Below are positions 53,301 through 60,984 of a stretch of DNA of 64,000 nucleotides, piece after piece. The position numbers and the translations under genes are program-made. The stretch is taken from the NCBI GenBank assembly GCA_032027125.1, contig JAVSMQ010000001.1, forward strand, positions 3,241,620 to 3,305,619. The letters are read 5' to 3'. Position 1 is the stretch's first letter, and the number at the start of each line of letters is the position of its first letter. Source of the DNA: Candidatus Kapaibacterium sp. (GTDB taxonomy: Bacteria > Bacteroidota > Ignavibacteria > Kapaibacteriales > UBA2268). A model generated the notes under the pieces. That model was given only the letters and a program-made list of their open reading frames with translations, made no database searches and was not told the origin of the DNA.

Positions 53301-53651
53301 GAACTTGATGACGTTATCAAAGAAATTACCGATAAATACGGAAAACTTCCGAAAGAAGCACGGAATCTGATATTTGTTGTCAGGCTTAGAATTGCTTCAA
53401 TGGCTACAGGTTTTTCAAGAATTATAGTTAAAAAAACCAAACTTATTTGTGAATTTCCATCTCGTGATTTAAAAGATTATTATGATGAAGTTTTCCCGCA
53501 AATTATTGACTATCTGAACCAGACAGACGGAATAATGTTAAATCAGAGCAAAGAAAAATTATTTCTCGAAATACCGCTTGATAACAGAAGCCGGGCACTG
53601 GAATATATCTGGAAAATAAAGAGAATCATTGAGATGAGTGGGGAGAAGTAA
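50355..53651 (+). CDS. mfd: transcription-repair coupling factor
   Basis: 1098 aa with UvrB-homology N-terminus. RNAP-interaction and SF2 helicase motifs (GDVGFGKTEVA, DEEHRFG) and TRG motif region. Confidence 0.95.
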   Translation: MNKQLKNIEKLLKQSESFKNIISRLETESEVRIRDAAGSLLSLMITSISETTNRKTVFVSNNIDKLDDIYHDIKLIGFESPLNLVKEPQATLRSRVNNTGSALDWLIEGLMSFSRSESGILLCQPDIFQYQIPSNEIVEGHYKKIEKGQTFDFDSFIKELILNGFERMDYVSGQGQIAVRGGIVDLFPIGWDNPVRIEFWGNDIESLREFEVISQRSIREFDSIEYLDSMFSDGPDNEDSDKSAIDFIGDDILLMIDETVDTEELNNIITGHDFKKIFLSPVGSYNLGIKSFRQPQFASSIKFFISEMNKFAVENYKIFLACEGHIHLDRFKNLVYSTLDDQIENAESDNYLSPKVREKLLIWDTVSLSRGFFSEELKVAYYTEHEVFERHRIYDTQQKKKSKGLTIKELQDLRIGDYVVHEDKGIGIFDGFQTITIADSKQDCARVRFADGDMLYVHLNYIGKLSKYSAQEGSAPVLTKLGSGEWLRRRAKTKKRLKDIARDLIKLYAERKAQRGFAFPADTIWQKEFEAAFIYEDTPDQVSSTEDVKSDMESISPMDRLVCGDVGFGKTEVAIRAAFKAVQAGKQVAVLVPTTILAQQHYMSFKDRLSKYPVNIDVISRFRSKKEQSQITEKLQRAGIDILIGTHRILSKDIIFKNLGLLVVDEEHRFGVSHKEKLRQMKANVDTLTMTATPIPRTLNFSLMGARDLSLIETPPRNRIPVLTEILEWDNNAIVQAINSEIERGGQVFFVSDRIDDIEKIAAEMKTLLPHLNFAVGHGQMRPSELEDIMEKFIEGKYDVLVATKIIESGIDIPNANTILINRAHNFGLAELYQLRGRVGRSNVQAYCYLLIPPAHKLPQKSIQRLQAIEEFSELGSGFKLSMRDMEIRGAGNLLGAEQSGFIIDIGFELYQKVLGEAVNELKTGEFADIFGDAEVDDKPKYLNEEIVIEIDEDALFPADYISGDTERFMYYKKLYTLNDNFELDDVIKEITDKYGKLPKEARNLIFVVRLRIASMATGFSRIIVKKTKLICEFPSRDLKDYYDEVFPQIIDYLNQTDGIMLNQSKEKLFLEIPLDNRSRALEYIWKIKRIIEMSGEK

Positions 53652-53655
53652 TAGA

Positions 53656-53916
53656 CTATTCGTAATGAGTCCACATTTTAAGTATTTTAATTTGCTTAGT
53701 TTCATCGAAAATTTGATATACCATTCTATGTTGGTTATTAATTCTTCTGGAAATGAATCCTTTCAATCTTCCTTTCAAAAATTCATATTTCGGTGGGTAA
53801 ACAAAAGGGTCTTTTGAGATTATTTCAAGCAGATATTCTACATTTTTCTTTAAACCTGCACTTGCAATCTTTTTTGCATCAATTCGGGCTTGATGAGTAT
53901 AATATATTTCCCACAT
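53656..53916 (-). CDS. YoeB/Txe-family toxin
   Basis: 86 aa. …LKGRLKGFISRRINNQHRMVYQIFDE…HYE matches YoeB (…L.G.WSRRI..EHRLVY…, C-terminal H-Y). Confidence 0.75.
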   Translation of the reverse strand: MWEIYYTHQARIDAKKIASAGLKKNVEYLLEIISKDPFVYPPKYEFLKGRLKGFISRRINNQHRMVYQIFDETKQIKILKMWTHYE

Positions 53917-54129
53917 TTACCAATCCAATGATTTTGAGCAATTTTTTAAATCTTCTTGAGAAGCAGTTACAATCGAATCCACGATTCCGGGAATACTCTC
54001 CAAATATTCAGTATCATTTTCCTTATGAGATTTTGCTTTTAGAAAGATTGCATAGTCGAGTAAATCTTTTAGATAATAATATGGCATATTGTTGGTCACA
54101 TTTATTATATCTGACTGCATAGTATTCAT
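53917..54129 (-). CDS. antitoxin partner of YoeB (Phd/YefM-like C-terminus)
   Basis: 70 aa directly upstream, abutting with no gap. C-terminal DTEYLESIPGIVDSIV resembles YefM/Phd ETxYLLxSPxNxxxLxxSI. Confidence 0.5.
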   Translation of the reverse strand: MNTMQSDIINVTNNMPYYYLKDLLDYAIFLKAKSHKENDTEYLESIPGIVDSIVTASQEDLKNCSKSLDW

Positions 54130-54214
54130 TTTTATCGCCTTAATTTAATTTGTAAATATTTTTTAAACGTATTTTCTGTACAGATATTTTGATTTATTAA
54201 TCTTAAAACAACAA

Positions 54215-54263
54215 CTTTTATCATATCATTATCTCCAATAAACGAATGCTCAAAAGTACAAAT
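54215..54263 (-). promoter_or_regulatory. conserved ~45-bp cassette-leader element, copy 1 (upstream of the YefM-like/YoeB operon)
   Basis: Minus-strand reading ATTTGTACTTTTGAGCATTCGTTTATTGGAGATAATGATATGATAAAAG. Shared with the copies at 55177-55225 and 56161-56196. Contains a GGAGA-N5-ATG with a short MIKV… leader ORF. Confidence 0.6.
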
Positions 54264-54485
54264 TAAAACGTTTATAATTCACAGAGTTTTAAAAATAGAG
54301 TTATTTCTTTTGAAAATATTGGAAATAGTAATTAAATCAGTAATTAGTTGCTTTAACTTTTAAAAGTCAAATAGTTTTAAATCCTCTATAAAAATAAAAT
54401 CCTTTTTGTTTAGGGTAAAAAGCTTATAATTATATTTAATTGCAGTAGCAGCTATCAAACAATCAGGAATTTTTAATTTGTGACT

Positions 54486-54749
54486 TTAACAATACTTTTT
54501 CATTAACTTAAGAAATCTATCATTTATGCTTTGATTTATTGAAACAACATTTAGGCTATCAATATCATTACAAATTTTTGTAAGTTCACTTTTATTAAAG
54601 GCACCATAAATCAATTCAGCAGCAGTTATTGAACTTATTGCAATTTTTTCAACTGATATTTGTTGTAAATTCTTTGCAACCGCTAAGTTATCTTTATAGA
54701 ATTCAATTATTACATCTGTATCGCATAAAATCATTTCTATATTTTCCAC
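54486..54749 (-). CDS. PIN-domain protein, short (possibly truncated VapC-like toxin)
   Basis: MILCDTDVIIEF matches the N-terminal PIN motif (first Asp). Only 87 aa, so the distal catalytic Asp residues are probably missing. Confidence 0.45.
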   Translation of the reverse strand: MENIEMILCDTDVIIEFYKDNLAVAKNLQQISVEKIAISSITAAELIYGAFNKSELTKICNDIDSLNVVSINQSINDRFLKLMKKYC

Positions 54750-54988
54750 GCTTCTTTCCTTAATTGCATGGCATCAATATTTCTGTTTTTCCAAATCCCC
54801 TGAGAATTCAGAAAATTATGCTTGGATTTGTTATTTTTTAAATCAATACTTATTTTTTCTTCTGAACCATTTATTTTGGCAATTTCAATACCTAATTTCC
54901 TTGCTAAACTAAGAATCAGTTCCATATCCGATATTGAATTACTTTTTAATAAAACCGCTTCCATGATAAGTCCATTATTTAATTTCAA
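54737..54988 (-). CDS. small protein upstream of the PIN gene (putative VapB-like antitoxin)
   Basis: 83 aa, overlaps the PIN ORF by 13 bp. Partner role inferred from position only. Confidence 0.35.
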   Translation of the reverse strand: MKLNNGLIMEAVLLKSNSISDMELILSLARKLGIEIAKINGSEEKISIDLKNNKSKHNFLNSQGIWKNRNIDAMQLRKEAWKI

Positions 54989-55176
54989 AATACTAATTTA
55001 AATTAATCAACGCTAAGTAATACTTTTTATTATTTTTTAAAATTATTTACCGGTACTTTTTATCAAATACATATTAATAAAGATTGCCTTTTCTGTCTTG
55101 AAAGTAAAGATATTATCATGAGTAACTATATAAACCGAATAGGCAAACTCTGAATCACACTGATTTATATCTTTAA

Positions 55177-55225
55177 CTTTTATCATATCATTATCTCCAA
55201 AGAACAGATGCTCTAAAGTACAAAT
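55177..55225 (-). promoter_or_regulatory. conserved cassette-leader element, copy 2 (upstream of the VapB-like/PIN operon)
   Basis: Minus-strand ATTTGTACTTTAGAGCATCTGTTCTTTGGAGATAATGATATGATAAAAG. Followed by a ~48-codon MIKVKDINQ… leader ORF. Confidence 0.6.
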
Positions 55226-55308
55226 AACTGAATTTTTGGCAAAAACCAGAATAACAAGAATAGATTTGTAATATAACCACTTTGATATATTGTTCTAATA
55301 ATTAAATT

Positions 55309-55650
55309 TCAAAATAATTTGAAATTAATAATTTCAGTATTCAAAATATCATCACCGTTAGTTACAATTTCCAAAAGATCAATTCTACCATTAGTGATAT
55401 TTAAAACAAAACTAAGTTCATTTTCTAAAAGATCTATGGTTAAGCATTTTGTTGAAGTCACTAACACATTAACATCATTAAATTCAAAATATTTAGAATA
55501 TTCAAAATAGACGTATATCCCAACTCCTGTATATTCTCTACTTTTTATATAAATATGAGGGAAGTGAATTTTCAAAAATGGATAATTGCTTTCATTGTCT
55601 TTAATTATTGCTTTTAAAAGTTCAATTTCCAAATTGTTTAAACTATTCAT
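55309..55650 (-). CDS. hypothetical protein downstream of the MNT gene (non-HEPN partner)
   Basis: 113 aa. No Rx4-6H HEPN motif or other recognisable signature. Confidence 0.3.
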   Translation of the reverse strand: MNSLNNLEIELLKAIIKDNESNYPFLKIHFPHIYIKSREYTGVGIYVYFEYSKYFEFNDVNVLVTSTKCLTIDLLENELSFVLNITNGRIDLLEIVTNGDDILNTEIINFKLF

Positions 55651-55713
55651 TTTAAAGTCCTTTTCTACTAAATGAAGTTAAAGTTATTTTGCCATTTATA
55701 ACTCTACTGCTTA

Positions 55714-55986
55714 TCAGGATTCATATATGACTTTACCGTATTTGGTAATTATTCTCATAAAGGGGTCGTTATAATCAAGGGGAGTGATATCAACAGGTAT
55801 TTTGAGCATTTCTTCTAATTTACTACCAAACAGAAATAAGTTTAATCCCGGAATATCGCAGGCTAAATCAATATCATTACAATTTTCGGGATTATCAAGG
55901 GCTGACCCAAACAAAATAATTTTCTTTACATCAAATTCTTTTGCTTTTTCTCTAATATTTCTAATATAATCTTTTTTAAATATCAT
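55714..55986 (-). CDS. minimal nucleotidyltransferase (MNT) family protein
   Basis: 90 aa. ILFGSALDNPENCNDIDL is the G-S…D-x-D pol-beta NTase motif. Confidence 0.7.
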   Translation of the reverse strand: MIFKKDYIRNIREKAKEFDVKKIILFGSALDNPENCNDIDLACDIPGLNLFLFGSKLEEMLKIPVDITPLDYNDPFMRIITKYGKVIYES

Positions 55987-56160
55987 TATTCAAATCTATT
56001 TTATATATTGACTACCTATATATAGACTATGAGTAATTATTTTTATTATTTTCAATCGGTATTTTAAGCACACATATTCTGCGAAATTACATAATGAACA
56101 TTTTACGTTTTGATTCAACTCAAACTCCGAATCTCACTGCGTTCTACTTTAGCCGCTTCC

Positions 56161-56196
56161 CAATCATTATCTCCAAAGACCGGATGCTAAAAATAC
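56161..56196 (-). promoter_or_regulatory. conserved cassette-leader element, copy 3 (upstream of the MNT operon)
   Basis: Minus-strand GTATTTTTAGCATCCGGTCTTTGGAGATAATGATTG. A partial copy sharing the GAGCAT/TAGCAT…TTTGGAGATAATGAT core. Confidence 0.5.
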
Positions 56197-56419
56197 TTAT
56201 TTCTGAATTTATGGTAAAATATAATTTTAAGAATTCATTTGTACTTCTTTCAACAATATTCTGCACAGGATTTAATTCCGTTTTATTTGTTTTGTTATTG
56301 TATGACAATACTCTATCTCCCGCTTTTTATTTTATCAATAGTCAGACTTGTAAATGAATTAAACTTTAAATTGATTGATTATCGTCTAATGAAGAAATTA
56401 TTAATCAATTTAAAAGAAT

Positions 56420-58426
56420 ATGACCAGGCTGTATTTAGTTTTTATCTGTTTCGTGCTTTTGACAATATCTGATTTGAAATCTGACACAATTTATTGGGCA
56501 GATAAGGTTGTCGGCATTTCTTCCCAGATGAGTAATAAGGAGTTTTCAGCATCCCAGGTTTTGGGCAAACCGAGTATCATACCTTCTCAAGGCAAGACTG
56601 CAGCAGCATGGATGCCCAAATTCCCGATTTACAGGATTGAATGGCTAAGGGTCAAATTTACGGAGAAAATATTTGTAAATCAGATTTTAATTAACGAGAA
56701 TTTTAATCCGGGTGCAATTGTCAAAATTATTCTTTATGATTCTCTTGATAACGGGATTCTTGTTTATTCAAATCACAAAGTAAGTAATTCTCCCGGTGCG
56801 GGGAAATTATCAAAATTCGATATTGATAAGACAAACTTTAGAACAGATGAATTAAAAATTGAAGTAAATTTAACTAATTATCTCGACGAATACCAGATTG
56901 ATGCCGTCGGTATTGCTGACTATATCAGCAGTTATGAAGTAAAAATTAACCATGCCGATGATACTTTGAATTATGAAAAAGAAAAATTCGGTGATAATAT
57001 AAATAGTCAGTATAGAGAACTTGGACCTATAATATCACAGGACGGCAAAACACTTGTTTTTACGCGTGAAGGACATCCTGATAATATCGGAATTCAAAAG
57101 AGACAGGATGTATGGATATCTAAAGCGGACGAAAAAGGTGAATTCCAAAAAGCATATAACATTGGTGAGCCGATTAATAATGAGATGACCAATTTTGCAA
57201 TTTCTATTTCGACAAACGCTAATTCAATATTTCTCGGTAATAAATATTTACCGGACGGAACATCAAAGCCGGGTTTTTCCGAAAGTCATTTTGATGGAAT
57301 TCGATGGTCATTTCCGGATTCAATAATCATCAGAGATTATTATAATTTATATCCTTTTTCAAGTTTTTGTCTTGGAAGTAACGGCAAAATACTCATTACG
57401 GCAATTAAACGTGAAGATAGTTTCGGAAAATCAGACCTTTATGTGAGTTTTCTGGATGATGACAGTACATGGACTGCTCCGAAAAGTCTTGGTAAAGTTA
57501 TAAATACTGCTGAAGAAGAATTATCTCCTTTTCTTGCAAGTGACAATAAAACTTTGTATTTTTCAACCCAGGGGCTGCCGGGATTTGGCAATAGTGATAT
57601 GTACGTATCCCGCAGACTTGATGAGAGCTGGACTAACTGGTCAGAACCGGTTAACTTAGGTCCCAATATAAATACCGACGGCTGGGATGCTTATTACACA
57701 GTCACAGGCGACGGACAATATGCTTATTTTGTTTCATCATTTGATACACGTACCGCAGAAGATATTTACAGAGTTAAACTGCCTGTTTCAGTAAAACCCG
57801 ATGCTGTTGTATTGGTCAGGGGTAAGGTTATAAATCAGAAAACCGGTAAACCGCTGGCTGCAGATATTCATTACGAAATTCTACCTGAAGGATTCGAAGC
57901 CGGAATTGCAAAATCAAATCCAAAGACCGGTGATTACAGTATTATACTGCCTGCAGGAAAAAACTACGGATTTCTTGCGACATCAAAAGGATTTGCATCA
58001 ATTAATGAGAATATTGATTTAAAAGACATCAGGCAGTATAATGAAATATCAAGGGATTTGTTTCTGGTTCCGATAGAAACAGGTCAGACTGTAAGAATTA
58101 ATAATATATTCTTTAATTACGGTGAGTTTGAATTGCTGCCTGAGTCATATTCTGAGTTAAACAGGCTTGTAAAGTTTCTCAATGAAAATCCACTGATGAA
58201 AATTCAAATCAGCGGACATACTGATAACATCGGCAGTGATATTTTCAACAAAGAACTTTCACTCAAAAGGGCTGAATCTGTATATGATTTTTTAAAACTG
58301 AAGAATATAAATTCTTCCAGACTTAAAATTGCAGGATTTGGAATGAATAAGCCTATTGCAAAAAACAATACCGAAGAAGGCAGAAGTAAAAACCGAAGGG
58401 TAGAGTTTCTGATACTCGAAAATTAA
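56420..58426 (+). CDS. OmpA-family protein with TolB/PD40-like beta-propeller repeats
   Basis: Signal peptide. PD40-like repeats (…YFSTQGLPGFGNSDMYVS…). C-terminal OmpA/MotB peptidoglycan-binding domain (…ISGHTDNIGSDIFNKELSLKRAESV…NRRVEF). Confidence 0.75.
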   Translation: MTRLYLVFICFVLLTISDLKSDTIYWADKVVGISSQMSNKEFSASQVLGKPSIIPSQGKTAAAWMPKFPIYRIEWLRVKFTEKIFVNQILINENFNPGAIVKIILYDSLDNGILVYSNHKVSNSPGAGKLSKFDIDKTNFRTDELKIEVNLTNYLDEYQIDAVGIADYISSYEVKINHADDTLNYEKEKFGDNINSQYRELGPIISQDGKTLVFTREGHPDNIGIQKRQDVWISKADEKGEFQKAYNIGEPINNEMTNFAISISTNANSIFLGNKYLPDGTSKPGFSESHFDGIRWSFPDSIIIRDYYNLYPFSSFCLGSNGKILITAIKREDSFGKSDLYVSFLDDDSTWTAPKSLGKVINTAEEELSPFLASDNKTLYFSTQGLPGFGNSDMYVSRRLDESWTNWSEPVNLGPNINTDGWDAYYTVTGDGQYAYFVSSFDTRTAEDIYRVKLPVSVKPDAVVLVRGKVINQKTGKPLAADIHYEILPEGFEAGIAKSNPKTGDYSIILPAGKNYGFLATSKGFASINENIDLKDIRQYNEISRDLFLVPIETGQTVRINNIFFNYGEFELLPESYSELNRLVKFLNENPLMKIQISGHTDNIGSDIFNKELSLKRAESVYDFLKLKNINSSRLKIAGFGMNKPIAKNNTEEGRSKNRRVEFLILEN

Positions 58427-58447
58427 TATATTTCTTAAAGGCACATA

Positions 58448-59068
58448 TTAAACACCGCTGTATCTGTCACCGGCATCACCCAGTCCGGGCATGATATATT
58501 TCTTTTGGTTAAGTTCGCGGTCTAAGGCGGCTGTTATAATTCTGATTTTCGGGAATGATGTTCTAATCTTATCTACACCTTCTGGAGCTGAAATAACAGA
58601 AACAATTGTCATATCACTAACTCCTTCAAGTTGTAGTTTGTTAATTGCTGCAGAAGTAGAGCCGCCGGTTGCGAGCATAATCTCAAGTAATATAACTTTG
58701 TCGTCAGGATTTATCTGCGGCATTGAAAAATAATATTCTTCAGCTTCGAAAGTAACTTCGTTTCGTCTCAAACCGATATAACCGAGCACACATTCGGGAT
58801 AAACCGTTTGAAAAGCACTTACCAGACCAAGCCCTGCCCTCAAAACCGGAACTATAACGACTTTCCCCCTGATAACTGCACCTGATGTAATTTCCATAGG
58901 AGTTTTCACATCAATAATATCCACAGCTAAATCATCTGTTGAGGAAACAGCTAAATGAATTCCAATTCTATATGCAGCATTTCTGAATGCTTCGGTGCCG
59001 GAAATTTCATCTCTTAAAATTCTAAGGTCATTCTGCACTAACGGATGATTGAGTATTGTAATCATCAA
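58448..59068 (-). CDS. upp: uracil phosphoribosyltransferase
   Basis: PRPP-binding LLEIMLATGGS and C-terminal YIMPGLGDAGDR. Confidence 0.9.
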   Translation of the reverse strand: MMITILNHPLVQNDLRILRDEISGTEAFRNAAYRIGIHLAVSSTDDLAVDIIDVKTPMEITSGAVIRGKVVIVPVLRAGLGLVSAFQTVYPECVLGYIGLRRNEVTFEAEEYYFSMPQINPDDKVILLEIMLATGGSTSAAINKLQLEGVSDMTIVSVISAPEGVDKIRTSFPKIRIITAALDRELNQKKYIMPGLGDAGDRYSGV

Positions 59069-59073
59069 AACAC

Positions 59074-60516
59074 CTATATATCAGGGTAGAAAATTAAATT
59101 AACTCGTGGAATTGAAAAGAAAGTAGAAACCTCAACAGGGTTATTTTCCTGTTTTCCCTTAGGTAAACGAGAGTCATAATCAAATTTTTGTTTTGAAAGC
59201 ATAAAGTCGAGTTTCCATTCAGCCGAAATGGTAATAAGTCCTGCACCCTGAATAGGAATATTAAAGAAAAAACCCAAACCTGTATTTATACCCAAGCTGT
59301 TTCTTTCTTCAAAACCGCCGCTTGGATTACCGTATGAATTAAGAAGATAAGACGGTCCGACAAATCCATACAGATTAATCTTACCATGCGGGTTTACTAA
59401 AAAATTTGCAGATAATTCAATCTGGCGGTGAGTATTAGGTTCGAGATTATCAAATTCTTCCTGAAGTTTTGTATTTTTTGAATACACATAACTGCCGCTA
59501 AGAATCAAATAATCGGTTAGACTATAATGTACAATACCTCCAAATGCGAACAAACCCTCGTAAGAAATGTTGTTTGGTCTGGGTGTAAAAGATTCGACAA
59601 TAGTATTTGAACCGAAAACAGGTCCAAAACCAAATGTTTTATTATATGATGCCTGCAATGGCTCCTCTTCGTCGTAATACTGGTCATCAATCTCACCATC
59701 CTGTGCATACGAACTGAGTGAAGAAAATACAAACATTAATAAAAAGCTAAGAATTCCGAAAAACTTTTTTGCATTTTGAGTAGTCATTTTAATTACCTCG
59801 TCTATTTCAATATTTTTAATTTCTGCAATTTTACCGGCAACATACTTGACGTATGAAGGTTCATTTCGTTTCCCTCTAAAAGGTACGGGAGTCATATACG
59901 GAGAATCAGTTTCAATCATAAATCTGTCCATAGGAACATTTTTAACTGCTTCTAAGGCATCAAATTTTTTAAAAGTGACATTTCCTGTAAAAGAAACATT
60001 AAAATTCAAGTCCAGCACTTTTGCAATCATATCTTCATTACCATAGAAGCAATGGAAAACACCTCTTAGGTTTCCATCTTGTGCATTACCAACTATTTCC
60101 AACAAATCTTCATCAGAATCTCGGTTATGAACAATTACCGGCAAACCTAAATCTTTTGCAATTTCCAACTGGTCGCGAAAACCCTTTTTCTGAACATCAA
60201 CGGGAGCAAAATCATAAAAGTAATCCAGTCCGATTTCACCGATAGCAACCACTTTCCTGTCATTTTTTGCCAAATCGTATATCTCATTAAGAATAGAAGA
60301 ATTTATCTCCTTAGCATTGTGAGGATGAATTCCCAGACCACAGTATATTTTATCACTTAACCGGCAAACATCAAACAGGCTGTCAAATCTTCGCGGTTCA
60401 ATTGCGGGTATTATAATTGATTCAACACCGCCATTGAATGCCCTGTCTAAAACCTCTAAACGGTCATTGTCAAAATCAGCCGAATCTATATGAGCATGAG
60501 TATCTATCAAGCTCAA
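59074..60516 (-). CDS. TatD-family metal-dependent hydrolase fused in-frame to a signal-peptide + beta-barrel-like domain
   Basis: N-terminal 255 aa is TatD (DTHAHID…, HxH, and the usual C-terminal TxxNAxxFFG motif). It runs without a stop into MTTQNAKKFFGILSFLLMFVFSSLSSYAQ. That segment is a textbook signal peptide with an internal ATG preceded by GAGGT. About 215 aa of alternating-hydrophobic OMP-like sequence follows. Confidence 0.6.
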   Translation of the reverse strand: MSLIDTHAHIDSADFDNDRLEVLDRAFNGGVESIIIPAIEPRRFDSLFDVCRLSDKIYCGLGIHPHNAKEINSSILNEIYDLAKNDRKVVAIGEIGLDYFYDFAPVDVQKKGFRDQLEIAKDLGLPVIVHNRDSDEDLLEIVGNAQDGNLRGVFHCFYGNEDMIAKVLDLNFNVSFTGNVTFKKFDALEAVKNVPMDRFMIETDSPYMTPVPFRGKRNEPSYVKYVAGKIAEIKNIEIDEVIKMTTQNAKKFFGILSFLLMFVFSSLSSYAQDGEIDDQYYDEEEPLQASYNKTFGFGPVFGSNTIVESFTPRPNNISYEGLFAFGGIVHYSLTDYLILSGSYVYSKNTKLQEEFDNLEPNTHRQIELSANFLVNPHGKINLYGFVGPSYLLNSYGNPSGGFEERNSLGINTGLGFFFNIPIQGAGLITISAEWKLDFMLSKQKFDYDSRLPKGKQENNPVEVSTFFSIPRVNLIFYPDI

Positions 60517-60983
60517 CCCTTTAATTCATTGAGTTTTGAAATAACTTCATCTACATGTCCATCAACATTTACTTTATTAAAGACGTATTCGATTTTTCCT
60601 TTTGGTGATATGATGTAAGTAGTTCGAATTACACCTAAATATTTTTTCCCGAACATAGATTTTTCACCAATAATGTCATAACTTTTACAAATCGTCTTAT
60701 CAGGGTCAGCTAATAGTGCAAAGTTTAAATCATATTTTACTTTAAACTTATCATGTGAATTTACTTTATCAGTACTTACACCTAAAACAACTGCACCCAT
60801 AGAAGTAATTCTTTCCATATTATCACGAAACTCGCAGGCTTCTTTTGTACAGCCGGATGTATCATCTTTAGGATAGAAATAAAGGATTACCCATTTCCCT
60901 GCAAAATCACTTAATTTTACAGAAAGTCCGCCGTCAGTCTGAGCAGTAAAATTCGGTGCTTTTACACCTTTTTCCAAAGCCAT
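60513..60983 (-). CDS. bcp: peroxiredoxin Bcp (AhpC/TSA family)
   Basis: FYPKDDTSGCTKEAC peroxidatic Cys motif. Confidence 0.85.
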   Translation of the reverse strand: MALEKGVKAPNFTAQTDGGLSVKLSDFAGKWVILYFYPKDDTSGCTKEACEFRDNMERITSMGAVVLGVSTDKVNSHDKFKVKYDLNFALLADPDKTICKSYDIIGEKSMFGKKYLGVIRTTYIISPKGKIEYVFNKVNVDGHVDEVISKLNELKG

Positions 60984-60984
60984 A

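Noticed and set aside
56094-56472. Two small + strand ORFs (87 and 77 aa) upstream of the OmpA-family gene
   Set aside because: Low-complexity hydrophobic translations in an AT-rich promoter or leader region that contains copy 3 of the cassette-leader element. More likely non-coding.
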